This document shows, one piece after another, positions 25,126 through 38,528 of a stretch of 64,000 nucleotides of DNA (within the stretch, counting starts at the first letter, position 1; each line of letters starts with the position of its first letter). The notes under the pieces are model-generated. The model had not been told where the DNA came from. It searched no databases and was given only the letters and a program-made list of their open reading frames with translations. The position numbers and the translations under genes were made by a program. This DNA comes from Nemertoderma westbladi (taxonomy: Eukaryota > Animalia > Xenacoelomorpha): positions 495 to 64,494 of the forward strand of contig JAUCBJ010005318.1 in the NCBI GenBank assembly GCA_032718475.1, given 5' to 3'.

Positions 25126-26727
25126 GGGGGGGGGGGGGTACACCCCCCTATGGACCTTTTTTGCAAATGGCTATAATTTCTGCTTATGTGTAATTTTGTA
25201 TATTTTATACCTTTCGGGGGATTAACATATGGCCAAAGATTGGGTTCAAAAATTTTTTTTTCAAATTTGCGTCGCCCTCTAGCGGCCACCAGCGAAATTG
25301 TTAATTTCACTAAAAACACTACTAGTCTCACAATTTTGGGCGAAAATTTTCGAAACTTGGTTTTTCTGAATCAGCATCCTTGGCTCCACAAAACTTATCG
25401 GTTACATTTTTTATTTAGGTCTTAAATATTTTTTAAATATTATTAACTAATATTAATTATTACTTAATGGATATTAACTAATTTCAAGAAATTAATATGG
25501 CACAATTCAAAATTTTAACCGATAACTTTTGATCAAAACCCGAAAAGAAATCAAACAAAAAAAAAATTTCGAAAATTCGTTAAGAAATGGCGGAGTAGTA
25601 GTATTTTGAATGTGAAAAATACAATTCCGAGATAAACGCATTTAAAGTTTAAGAACAATATATTTCAAATGTTCCCGATATTTTCAGTACTGGTATCTCC
25701 TTTTCTTTTCCGATTGGTTATCCCCTATCCATATTTTGTGATTTCTCAATGGATTTGGTTCAAAAAAACCCCTACCCACTTTTAACAACCTGTTAAAATA
25801 ATTTTAGAGTGCTTGCCAAAAAAACACTTCGCGCAGCACGTGAACAAATTACATTTTGGCGTATTGATTTGATCGCATACTATTTCGTCATTTAGTAATA
25901 AATAGTCATGGAATAATGAGATAACCTTAAGAAACATTCAAAATTATATAAAAATTTCCACATAATTTTATAATAAGCCTTTACACAGAACATTAAGCTT
26001 TGCACAGTACGTGAAACCTTCGCGCAGCACGTGAGACATTTGCGCAGCAGGTGAAGGTTTCACGTACAACTTAAATTCTTCATAAAGCAAGTTAATTAAT
26101 CGAGCACCTCGGAAAGCTTTTTGATCAGAATGAGAAGCCTTCATGTGGCACATAAACGTTCATGCTGCACATGAAGACTTCGCGCAGCACGTGAATTATT
26201 CTCAGAGCCTGCGGAATTTAAAAAAAATAAGTTTATGGTTGTTTCCCAGAATAATTATTACTAGCTATTGTTATATGATGGTTCACATTTGTTATTACTA
26301 GTAGACAACTAATCCATTAGACAACTGTTCAATATGTAATACAACACTCATAAATATCTATTAAATATATATTAATTAAAATTTGATGGACATGTTGACA
26401 GACAGACAGACATACAAACAGACAGACAAACTGAGAGACAGACTGAGATACAGACATAGTGATTAGATAATTCCAAATATTAAAACAGACATCGACATTA
26501 AGAAAAATCCTAACAGTAAACATTGCAGATTGCTTATTTTATGCCCTTTTTAATATTTCGATGGACAGACAGACAGACATACAGACGGAAAACCAGCCAT
26601 TACTCGAGAAGTAAAAGAGATCTCGCTAAGCCGTTTCCAGATTTGAAATCCGCATTAAATTCTACTCTAGATGAAATAAAAAAACAAAAAATGAAAATTT
26701 TGACCTGAGGGGGGGTGTACCCCCCCC
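25126..26727. mobile_element. Non-autonomous DNA transposon with TTAA TSD and GG...CC ends (Kolobok-like)
   Basis: TTAA at 25122-25125 and 26728-26731; TIR G(n)TACACCCCCC; internal (GACA)n tracts and CTTCGCGCAGCACGTGA repeats; superfamily is inferred from the ends only. Confidence 0.7.
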
Positions 26728-27200
26728 TTAATCGATTCAGCGGTCTAGAGAACCTATAAAAATGCGTTGAAATCAAAATCCAATCACAGGCCTTCAGGCT
26801 GCCAAAATAAGTCAAAAGATACAAATATAGGCCTATTATTTAAAATAACCGCCGGTACATTTGTAGGAATATTCAGAAGTGCAAAATGTATAAAATATTT
26901 GGATTATAAAACGTATGTAATTATAATGTGTAATAATAATCATTCACTACAATAATGTTGTGTATAAAACTCAAACGCATTTACTCACTAACGTTAAGTA
27001 CCTGGATCTGGGTGGATGGGTGTATCCAGTCTGGATGGAGACTAACCCTGGGAGTTTAGTCTACAGTCTGCGTGTTAAAGAAAGACTCTAAGTCTACAAT
27101 AGTTTCGTTCGCGTGTTTATTCAACTCTCCGGTATATAAAGTGGCGGTCCCAAAACGAAGCGATTTTATTACTATGTTACTATCGTCGTTGCTATCGAGG

Positions 27201-30200
27201 TTAGGACATCGGAGGTAAGGCAGACAGGCCCCCAGACAAACCCCCCGGTGAGCTAGCCGGTCCCAATAACATCTGTCGCTCCTTAGATTGCTGCTGATTG
27301 GTCAACCCAGCTCGTTCGCTTTCCAGAACGACCGGGAGCCACAGAACGATGAAGGAAGTCCCGAGTACCCAGACAGTTCGGCGACTAAACTGGAATGCGA
27401 GAGCGGCGCCTGGGGAGGAGACAAACAGTCTATAGTTATTGGAACCGATCAGTGCTGTGATACTGTGTAGATGCGGTCTAGGGTAGGTCAGTTACCATTA
27501 GGTATGTATGTACGGTAGGTAAGGTAAAGTCTAAATCTCTAAGGTCCATCGAAAACATTGCAGATTTACAGTCATTAAACAAATTGTAAGACTAGACAAG
27601 GCTGCTAGGCTAACCGTTACAAAAAGAAGTGATTAAAAAAATACAGTATTAAATCTCTACTAGAAATTTAATTAGGAACAACCAGAAAAAATTAAAATTA
27701 GGAACTGTCTTAGGTGGCTGATTGCGGCCAATTATTTCCATTTTTTTTAAATTTTTATCACCCGGGTCGCCAGGTGAAACATGTGAAAAACAGAATCTAT
27801 TTGATAGTGGAATGACATCCAGACATCCTACAGTCCTAGTAGATGCAGTAGCAGTAGTACTGCTACGTGTTTTATGAGCCGTTCGCAATTACTAGATTAT
27901 TTTTGATAATTATCTTTTGGCATCCGAATGGTTTAGGCAGTTAGGTCTATAATATATGTCACAATAACTGAATAACATCAACATTGACTTGTGTTTTAAC
28001 GTTTTTTTCATGGATGTCAACAGACAAGGTTTGTGGGGTCATAATATGAAATTATCCGTACAGCAAAGTAAATTAGTTGTCTCTAGAAATCGTTTTGAAA
28101 GCAGGTCTGTATCAGTCTGGAATTCATTACCTTCTGATACAGTGATACTGTCAATGCAATTAATTTAGATAATTTTAATCGGCGTATTTGTAATATAGAC
28201 TTCAGCTACCTGTGTCATTTTAATAATTAGTCAATTCGACTAATCAATCCGTAACATGTTTTACATTAGGCCTATCCTATTTTATATTTTTTAGTACCGG
28301 TACCGGTAATAATTACGGGTGCTTAGATCGTGGCTTTTCCAGTTAACATTATTCCATTTTGTATCAAACAAGCGACGTGGTTGGAGAAACCTGCTAGGGG
28401 CTGATACTAAGCAGCAACCAATCACGGTAATCCTGTTTAACACAGAGTCAATGAGAATGGAATATTGCTAACATGAAAAAGTTCAGGTTACCATTATTCC
28501 AAAGTAATCAGATATTACACGAAGTGGGGACTTCGCGCAGCACGAAGTTGGCAGAGCCTTAGCGAATTGACACTGTTAGGGGGTGGGTCAATTTATGCAA
28601 ATAGTTGTCGTTGTCACGTTGGCCCTCTAGCGGCAGACTGGAGAACTGCAGATGGATTCGCCTCCTTTGAAAGTCACAGCTAATGGTCTAATACATATCT
28701 GCCAAGTTTTAGCTTAAACGGATTAAAAGCAAAGAAATGGGAGGGCATTTAATGTTTAGACATGTGGCCCTCTAGCGGGAGACCATTGCACTGATGGTGT
28801 CTGAAAGTCTCTCAAAAATCTCAACTTTTGCTCATATTGATACCTACAAATTTTCAACTTGGCAGCTTTCAATCCGACAAAGTTATTAGCATGTCAAAAT
28901 CGTAACGACGACAACGACGACGACAACGACGACGACGACGACGACAACTATTTGCATAAATTGACCCACCCCCTAACAGTGTCAATTCGCTAAGGCTCCG
29001 CCAACTTCGTGGCTCGCCCCACAGTAATTAATTAAGCTGCTAGTGTTAGTCAGTTAGTAATCGAGTAAGCCATATAATATTATATGGTACAATACCAGGC
29101 ATAATATATGCAAGAAAAATAAAAAATACCGTAGTATAAGTGGATTAGTTTAATCACAATGATGTACTGTAAATTAAATATTTATAGTTAAGTCTGGTTT
29201 AGTAATAAACAATAAACATAGGCCTACTGTACTTATACAATATCTCATTGAAGTACTTGCCACGTAGCAATAGGTATTCAATGTGGACAAAATGCAGGTC
29301 TCACATTTCAGTTCATCACCCCGAATCTCGTGTTGCCGTTTATTCACACAACATTGATGATACCAACCACTTCGTGCAAACGGGGTGTATGTAAATGCTA
29401 CGCCATAACTCCGACAACCAACGTCGACAACCATTATTAAAGCTAATTAATGTTATTTATTAATTGGGGAAAAGGAACAGGTTACAGTGGAAGGTTAGTC
29501 TAACCAAAACAATAAAACGAGAGTTACGACCTCAGGTTACATTTTCATTTGATGCTGTCGGCAGTCGGTTGTCGGCGTAGTGTTTACACCCGTGCAAACG
29601 CTACATCCTATCCATTCAATTGGTCCAAGGTCTGCCTGTAGCATTCCCGACACCTGGACACGAGAGTAGCAAAAAGAACAGTTCTGGCTGTCTGGAAGGC
29701 AGGACAGCGTGGATATGGTTTAGTTTCGCTGTCGGTTCTGCTTTTATAAATTTTTTGTTTGTGTCTCGATAATGCAGAGGTTGCTGTGTATTTCTTATCG
29801 CATAAATTACCTTCAACTACTTTTTTAATCGTCTCATTACTGCTCCCATGTAACTTTCACGAGAAAGAATACGGCCCCTTTCTGCCTTTAAGGCTCTTAA
29901 AGAATTGAATTAACAAAACCTGCTACTGTATTAATAGTATTATGTACTGGTACTGGTATTGGCTTTGGCTATTATTACTGTTGCTTCAATTATTAATAAT
30001 TTGATTTGCTGTACCTTCTGTTCTGCCTGACGCCTGACTGCTTTCGGTATAATTGTATACTGAAACAGACAAGGCTGCAAGGGAAGGGTGATAATGAATA
30101 CAGATCCTGAGATATGGAATAATTAGATAATGGCAGAATGGTAACCTGAACTTTTCATGTTAGCAATATTCCGATTCTCATTGACTCTGTGTTAAACAGC

Positions 30201-31193
30201 ATTAACGTGATTGGTTGCTGCTTAGTATCAGCTTTCTCCAACCACATCACTTGTTTTATTAAAAAAGGAATAAATGTTAACTGGGAAAAGCCACGATCTA
30301 CTGATCTAAGCACCAGTCTGCAGGTCTGCCAGTGTAATAATTATGTAGCGAGATACTGTACTGCTGTATGTATACTAATCCCCCTGCTGCCCTGCCTCGT
30401 TCCTTGTTGTCTTTTTTTATTCCTATACAAATTCACCTTATTTTTATATTATTGACATTATTCTTTTTATTCAATTGGATTTTGTTTATTTCAATATTGA
30501 TATGCAAGAGGTACCGGCTGACCGGTACACTCATAAGTCAGTAAGTGCAGTTTATTGTTGCACCATCAATTCACAACCAATCTGACAATTGAATCATCAA
30601 ATCCCCTGATCATCATGCGGATTTTTTGGGTTTTCTAATAGTTTGTACAAGCCATAAGCTGACAAGAATTAGTAGGCCTACCGTACAGCCATGTGTCCCT
30701 AAAATCTGGGGCGAAAAGACTTGGCAACTTGCAGGCTTGGGGCGAATAGGTGATAGCTGGATAGGTCGAGGGGCGAATCGACCGACCCGCACCCGTGACA
30801 GAGCAGCAGAGTGAAGAGGAAAAAAATTCAAATTAACGTCATGGCTGCATGGGCATGGTGTGGGTGGGCCGTGGGCCTACACCTACAAGGCTATGCCTCT
30901 ATATCTGTCTGTAGGTGTAGGTCGTCTACATACCTACCTACCGCGTACCGGCAGACACCGGTCTGCCGGTAGCGGTAGGCTACGTCTGTACTGCTGTACG
31001 TTCAGACGTTAATTTACTAACCCGATGCCGACTTTGAAGCACATTTCGCGGCGAAGTTTCGAACCCCATTAGGAAACATCTCCGATAGAGCGAATATTCT
31101 TTCTAGAATTGTTTCGTCTTCAACATCTAGATCCTTATCTGAATCACCATCCGCAGCATTTTCTGAATCATCTAAAACCTCAATGTCAGGCAT
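27201..31193 (-). CDS. TOMM22: Mitochondrial import receptor subunit TOM22; join(complement 31022..31193, 27201..27409), 126 aa
   Basis: Exon 1 MPDIEVLDD...DETILERIFALSEMFPNGVR; exon 2 FQFSRRTVWVLGTSFIVLWLPVVLESER...QQQSKERQMLLGP...GLSGGLSALPPMS; phase-1 GTTAGT donor matches the CCCCAG acceptor. Confidence 0.93.
27945..28230 (+). mobile_element. CR1/L2-type LINE 3'-end fragment in the TOMM22 intron
   Basis: Degenerate translation GHNMKL...RNRFESRSVSVWNSLPSDTV, the characteristic CR1 ORF2 C-terminus. Confidence 0.65.
28318..30313. mobile_element. Foldback-like element with about 180-bp diverged terminal inverted repeats
   Basis: 28318-28500 (GGTGCTTAGATCGTGGCTTTTCC...GTTCAGGTTACCATT) is the reverse complement of about 30135-30313; no clear TSD. 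Confidence 0.65.
28541..29011. mobile_element. MITE with about 70-bp near-perfect TIRs, nested in the previous element
   Basis: CACGAAGTTGGCAGAGCCTTAGCGAATTGACACTGTTAGGGGG...GCAAATAGTTGTCGT and its reverse complement; internal (GAC)n tract. Confidence 0.8.
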
Positions 31194-31382
31194 TCTCCTC
31201 TCTGACTACAGTACTAACTATTTATATTTATATCAGTAGGCCTATATTCAGTGATATTACTGCTGTACTGTGGCAGTACTGTATTACAGTATTAACTAGT
31301 TGAACAACCAAATACAGAAATAGGTAGGCCTACTGCAGTACCGGTACCCATGTACAGTATAAAGTACAGAAGTACTGACTTT

Positions 31383-31592
31383 GATGAACTTAGATCTTTG
31401 CGAATTTATGTCCTTCCTATGTATGCATATATGCGAACATAGATCCTATCTGGGTGAACTTAGATCCTATAACTAGGTGAACTCAGATCCCACGTTAAAG
31501 CAAAGCGATCAACTTAGATCTTAGGTGAACTTAGATCCAATTTTTACAAATTCACTAGCACCCGCTAGAGGAAAAGCCAAACTTATATCCCG
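31383..31592. repeat. Cluster of GAACTTAGATCC-like short repeats upstream of TOMM22
   Basis: About 6-7 copies of (GT)GAACTTAGATC(C) with variable spacing. Confidence 0.7.
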
Positions 31593-32339
31593 GGTGTACT
31601 GTGCGTTTGACTACGTTCTATCGATTATAGTGTATTTGTACTGTGTGTTACATTGAGCATATAAACTGTGAGCACAGACTCATGTATATGAGCGCTGTGC
31701 TCACAGATCCCCATTGGTGACATCTGCTTTGCTGAAATCAAGACTGCAGCTGGGAGCATCAAGACCAATATCTTGCCATAGTGGAGTATATGGCGTGCCT
31801 CATGTCTTTAACCCGCCGCCCGCGGAATCCGCCCAGACCACTATAAAAGCCGCTGCCATTTCTAACGGGTTGGAGGTATGACCTTGAAACTTCATGAATT
31901 TTACTCAAATTTATTCCTCTTTCAACTGAAAAAAACCGTGGCTCTAACCTCATCGCCCGTTTTATTCATACATCACCTTTTTCGCACCCATGTCAGCATG
32001 TTTGAAAATAAATAAAAAAAAATTATAGAGTAAAATGTAAAGTTCCCCAAAACCATACAAATCCCATTCTAAATCGCTTTTTTGGATGTGGCGTTTTGTA
32101 CAATATATCTAGTGTTTAGTTCAGAGGCCTATCAGGTGGTTTTCGTGCGGGCACAAAAATTGGGTGCTACACGAAATTTTTAAAATTGATTGTTTCGAAA
32201 TTATCATATTTGATCTATATTCCCGTGATATTTAGGCCTAGGTTTTCTGTGACCGCGAATTCAATGTATTTGAAATGAAGTTCACAGGAGTAACGCATTT
32301 ACATTTTTCGTCAATCAATAATGTATATAATGTAATATA

Positions 32340-33882
32340 CAGTCCCGCTCTCAAAAAGCATGCCTTTGATCAAACATTGATCAAACTTTGATCAAACATT
32401 GATCAAAGTTTGATCAAAATGTGTCCATAGAATATCATTGAAAGTAGCATTGACATTGAAAGGACATTGATGGCATATTGAAATGACCTTGAAATCGATG
32501 GACCGAAATTCCAGACTTTCTGTCTCATATTGAAATGACATTGAAATGATTTCAAGGTAACAGTTTACATCGCTCTTCTGCGGCATGCCTTTGAACTCAG
32601 ACTCCCGCGGAGAACTGGCTTTTGTTAATGGCCAAGCCGCGATGTGATTGACAGGGCGGTGGATGGAGCTTGCTTGACTTTGTGGATGGACAGCGATTGG
32701 ATTTACATGGCAGTGTTGTTGGTCTTGTTCTTGTAGGGCAGGGCCTATTATTACACTAACAACTAGTTCAGAAAAACAGCCTTTGGAATATTTTTAAATG
32801 ATTGTTATATTAGAAATTAGTTTCAATGTTCCTTAAATCAGAATCAAGGCCAAAGACCTCGATTGACGTAGCAGCGCGATGTCTGCCGTTGCATTGCCTT
32901 TGCTTATACAGTAATTGTGTAAATTCGACAAGCTTCCTTCCTGCCCCTGTCTCTAAGTATACTAATAAATGTAAATAAAGAAATAAATAAATCCAAGCGC
33001 CAGCGCCAGCGCACCCCTTAAAATACCTTCTAAAAATGTACGTAATTTAATTTTAATACTCTGATAAGGTAATAATTATATTGAAAATCTCATTTGTTTT
33101 AAAATAAACTATGTTATGTACATCATTAGTTACGTATTTTTTAATTCAGATTAACGTATTGTAATTATAATTTTTTAAATATTAAAAATCAAATTGGGTT
33201 AGTAATACTTATTAAGTTCTGCTCATTCATTTTTAATTAATGGAGGGTTTTAACCATCCGGCCGACACAGCAGGTCGTTGTAAGACAAGGCATCAATATA
33301 ACCCCAGTGATCCCATACCCTCTCTTGTTGTGGAGTGTTACTATATCATTGTACAAGCTGCGGACCTGCACCCCCCCCCCCCCCCCCCCCCCCATTCTAA
33401 TGTATTGTAGCCATCCACCCAGCACATTGCGTAACTCAGAATTAAACTCCACACAGCCCATACCCGCCCTTGCTTTCATTACCACCACACCGCCAAGTGG
33501 AGATTCAATTGCGGCTGTTATTTTCTGATAATTGCTGTAAATTATTATAACCTAGGCTTTAACTGGTTTAAATAACGGCTATAGCTTACAAACCTATGGT
33601 ATGATATGGACGTGGTGTCCTGTGTGATCTGCAGACATCCTACAGAGCACATGGAGCATTACACACACAGGGAGAGCGAGAGAGAGAGAGAGAGAGAGAG
33701 GGCTGCTTGATTGACACACGGCTCAGTGGGAATCTAGACTTTGAAGTGCAGCGCCTTTGGTAGAACTCAATGGCAGGATTTATAAGCCTGGTTCATTTCA
33801 ATATTTGATCAAACTTTGATCAATGTTTGATCAAAGTTTGATCAATGTTTGATCAAAGGAATGCTTTTTGAGAGCGGGACTG
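32340..33882. mobile_element. Tc1/mariner-type non-autonomous element (TA TSD)
   Basis: TA-CAGTCCCGCTCTCAAAAAGCAT...ATGCTTTTTGAGAGCGGGACTG-TA; TIRs contain tandem TTGATCAAAC(A/T) repeats. Confidence 0.88.
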
Positions 33883-34541
33883 TATCAATAATGTGACAGG
33901 TAATAAATCAATTTAGAGTCGTAGCTTACAGCACCATCAATCCTAATCTATCCTGCAGACAAGAAAACCTATACCAAATTACCAACAACACTATTTATAT
34001 TATACTGTAGTTGTTATATCAGCAATTATTTCATTGGCGTTCATTCAACCCTGACCCTTCCTTCCCTTTACTATCGACCCTGCTTAGAATAAGTCATTTT
34101 ATTTCTGTATGCCTGAAATTATAATTATCCGTGATGGGATATGCGTCCAGTGCCACCCCCCCCCCCCCCCCCCCCCCCCACCTTTTCGCTAATAATTGCT
34201 ATATTATAATTTACATAAAATGAATAATTATTTCGAAACAAATAATTTTGTAAATTTCGTGATGCACCCACTTTTAGTGCACGCATGAAAAATGGTAGTT
34301 GCGTTACTTGGATGAACTCCATTTCATTAACATTGAATAAATCGCGGAAATATAGATTATAAGGAATATTTAAAAAAATACAAATTTTGAAAATTTTGTG
34401 ATGACCCACTTTTAGTGTCCGCACGAAAAATGGTAGTTGCATTACTTCTATCAACTCAATTTCATTACCATTGATTTAGCCACCACAAATATACAAATGG
34501 CAAGCTGTGTTTTCGAGGTGTTTCTTATTATACGTATATTA

Positions 34542-35957
34542 TAGGAACTGTTCTAGTGGTTTTAACCTCGAATGATAAGTTTATTATACAGTCGAAACGC
34601 GTACTGATGCGTGATTTGATGAGATATGATATTGATGAATTTCAATAAAAAGAAACGGATTATATAAAAAAAGGCGTTCTGGGAAAAACGCATTTAAAGT
34701 TTTACGACATGTATATTTTTCTTCTTGCAAGACCCTATGGACTAGAACGACAGTTTCTGACTCAAAATTTTACGAGGAATCCGAAAATTTTGATTTAAAC
34801 CACGTAGACGCAATCCTTTGTTCGCAAATATCTAATGACAGACAAATTGGCAAAATGACGGACAGTCAGACAGGCGGACAATTGGCAAAATGACGGACAG
34901 TCAGACAGGCGGACAGACAGTCTAGATTTCGTGAAATGTGAAAACTGACATCAGAAATGAAATCACGAACCCGAGAAACCCCCATAGCAAAAGTTTGTAG
35001 TCAGTTTGTATGCTTTCTTAATGTTTGACGGGCAGTCTGACAAAAAGACGGACAGACAGACAAATGGACAGACAATTTATATTAAGTAAAATATTAAAAC
35101 AAACATCGGAAATGAAATCACGACCCCAAAAAACTTCTTTAGCGAGAATTTTAGTTAGTTAGGATGCTTTCTTAATGTTTGACGGGCAGTCTGACAAAAA
35201 GACGGACAGACAGACAAATGGACAGACAATTTATATTAAGTAAAATATTAAAACAAACATCGGAAATGAAATCACGACCCCAAAAAACTTCTTTAGCGAG
35301 AATTTTAGTTAGTTAGGATGCTTTCTTAATGTTTGACGGGCAGTCTGACAAAAAGACGGACAGACAGACAAATGGACAGACAATTTATATTAAGTAAAAT
35401 ATTAAAACAAACATCGGAAATGAAACCACGACCCCAAAAAACTTCTTTAGCGAGAATTTTAGTTAGTTAGGATGCTTTCTTAATGTTTGACAGACAGTCT
35501 GACAAAAAGACGGACAGACAGACTAACGGACAGACAGTCTATATTACGTGAAATGTGAAAACTGACATCGGAAATGAAATCACGAACCCAAAAACCTCTA
35601 TGGCGAGAATTTTAGTTAGCCTGTATTCTTTCTTAATGTTTGACAGACAAACAGACCGACAGACAGAAATATGAATGGATGTCTAGTGTCGTTTTGAACT
35701 CTGAACTCGTTTTGAAGAAATTATGAGCGATTACCCTTTAGTTTTCGTAAAATTATTCCAAAATGGAAAATGATAGAAGCTAAGTGTAATATACCACTAG
35801 ATAGCCCGAAAAATTCTCTACCAGAATCCACCATAAAAAAATATCGATTTTTTTTTATATAATCCGTTTCTACTTGACGCGCCACAAATTTGTACGGTTA
35901 ATTTATTTTCGATAAAATAACCTTATCATTCGAGGTTAAGACCCAGAACAGTTCCTA
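34542..35957. mobile_element. Non-autonomous TIR element with internal 147-bp tandem repeats and GACA tracts
   Basis: TAGGAACTGTTCT...AACCTCGAATGATAAG matched by an inverted copy at 35921-35957; inner inverted pair GAAACGGATTATATAAAAAA; about 4 tandem units at about 35010-35640. Confidence 0.78.
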
Positions 35958-36179
35958 ATATATTTATTGTTAGTGAGTTACTGTACTCTAATTCAAAGAA
36001 ACAACTTATTTACACCCCGTAATTAAGCTATAATGTGTTATAAAGTTGTGAAAACATTAGTAACTTGTAAAAACTACAAATTACTGTACAAACAAAATAC
36101 ACATTGCTAACAATACTCATTGCAATACTCTTTGACAACCAAACACAGTTATTATTAAATGAGAGTTAAATATTTTTAA

Positions 36180-36392
36180 GTCGCTCCATGTTCCTTCATA
36201 GTCAACGAGACGCCACCTTCGATATTTCTTCCGCTCCAACATGGAGGAACGCAAGTTGGTCGGCCTCTACGATCGCCGTGACAATTTGTACTCCTTGAAT
36301 CCTGCGCGTTCTTTCGTGCCATGCCACGTTAGTGTCTTTGCAACGTCATCCATTTATTTGCGATAGAACTATTCCTGTGATTTATCAGGCCT
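36180..36392 (-). pseudogene. Possible degenerate DUF4806-like (transposon-associated) coding fragment
   Basis: MDDVAKTLTWHGTKERAGFKEY, frameshift, then QIVTAIVEA; resemblance from memory only. Confidence 0.3.
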
Positions 36393-38528
36393 AAAAAAAG
36401 CAAAATGGGGTGTCGTTTCAGCCTATGGAAGTATTTCTGGGCTTCTAACTGGCTGTTCCTTCAATAAGCTCACCTCATTGGTTAACACTCTCCCATAGCC
36501 AAAAGGTGTGTCGGTTCAGCCCAATTGACAGAATAAGGGGTGTCGGTTGGGGAAAATCACTTTTATTACTTGTAAATTTTACACACTGTAGGCCTGCCTA
36601 CTGCTTCCGTACTAAACAGGTAAATCACAATTATTTTGTCTAGAACTCTAATGTTTGTGTTATTTGTTAACACAACATTCATTGGGTTTAGTTAATTAAC
36701 AAATACTACTGCCATATGAAATTATAGAATTAATTCACAATAATAATGGCGCGAGCCACGTACAGTAGTAGGCGAAACTGTTTGCGTTATTTTCATTCTG
36801 GCCCCGGGTACCCCCCAAATCACAAACTTCTAAACAAAATAACGATAAAAAACACAAAATTCTAATTATTTGGTGTATGGGAGCCCAAAATTATTTAGAA
36901 TCAGATTGTGAAGAATTAGTTGATGCAACAGTTCGTCTATAAGGCATCAGTTAGCAGCGAATAAATTAACATTCAATCCAAACTATTCTTTTTTCACGAT
37001 CTGCATGACAAATCCTAAGTTTCCCCAACACCAATAATTACGGTGAATAGTATTTCGGGATCTAGCGCAACCCCCGGGAACTTACATCGGCGTCCATTCC
37101 CTGTTCAGGAACTGACGGCAACAGAAGCATTTGTAAACTGACAGTGTTGGGGGGGGGGGGGGGGGGGGGGGGGTTTGGAGGGTGTGGTCAATAAAGGGAA
37201 ATTAAGTACTTGTCATTAGTTTTTGTCGCCTTAATAACTTACAAGTGTGATTTAAATCTTAAATGTCCACGCCGGGAGGGTTCATAATTCCTACTGTAGG
37301 ATGGAGGAAGCAGCATTGTCTATCACTAGGGCGACGATGACGAATAATGTCGCTTAATAAGGAAACAAATATAGGACACTAAATAATATGCATCCCGGGG
37401 GTGTCCCAGGGAAATCCCCGGGATATCCAATGTAGTTTAATATAAAATTTGGGGATATTAGGGTTTATAGTAGCCATGGTCTTGCCCCACATAATGCAGT
37501 ATTGGGGCTTGGTGATGGACTGACGGATGGTGACCAGTGACGAATTGTAGTTGCTAAACTACCTACGTATACAACAGTTTAGTGACTACGGAGATACCGT
37601 GCTGCACTGCAGCACTGTGCACTGTGCCGCGACAATCACAGAATCAGAGTGTGAACGGACTGGTTACCGGTTCTGGGTTGCTAAGCAATCAGCTCAGCTA
37701 CTACAGTACTACTGAGGTAACGCGAGATAGGTACCAGGGTACCGGTACTGTAGCTGTCTGGCTGTAGGTGTTTTGGTCGTTAGGTCCTGTGTCGTTAGGT
37801 CATTGGTCAAAGCAGGAATATGGAATATTAGTTCCTGCTTTGCCTTTAATTCAGTACGGCTGACTGCAGTAGTTGGTACTGGTAGTTTTATTTATATTTA
37901 TACAGATGATTTTCACCTGATCTGTGTTGCTGTGTTATTATATTATTTTAGCAGTGCCGGATTAAGCCTCTGGTGGCCCTCTAAGGCACATTTTAGTAAT
38001 TTCCAAAAATGGCCCGCAAATTTAATATTTTTCCGCAAACCCTTTCAAAAGAAAAAGCTGCTAAAGACAACTGAAATTGTCAAAATGTTGCGAAGGAAAT
38101 ATAAAGTATTTTCGTTAGATGACTCGTTGCCAATAAGTACCAATTACTTTATTGCCAATAAGTACCAATTACTTTAATAATAAGTACTTTGCAAAAATAG
38201 TTTTCATCAAGAATAGTAACATTACGAAACGGCCTATCATGCCTATAAAACCTTTGCTATAAAAAGTGTAATGGTTTTGGTAGAATTTCTCAAGCTTTAA
38301 TTTTTAATATATTCATGGGATCATTACTGCATTACCCCGAATCTATTTGTTTTATTTATAAAGGTACTATTATGAAACTTTAACACAATGATCTGTGATC
38401 TTTTATATACTATGAAAATTGAGTATAGATAGCTTCATAAACCGTTTGTTCGAAAAATATGGCACTTTTTGAGCAGGTCGGTTTTTTTTCAAAAGTTATA
38501 TAAATTTTAAGGCATTTATATCTGCTTT

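Noticed and set aside
34575-34625. Hammerhead-like GAAACGCGTA
   Set aside because: No CUGANGA upstream and no stem I
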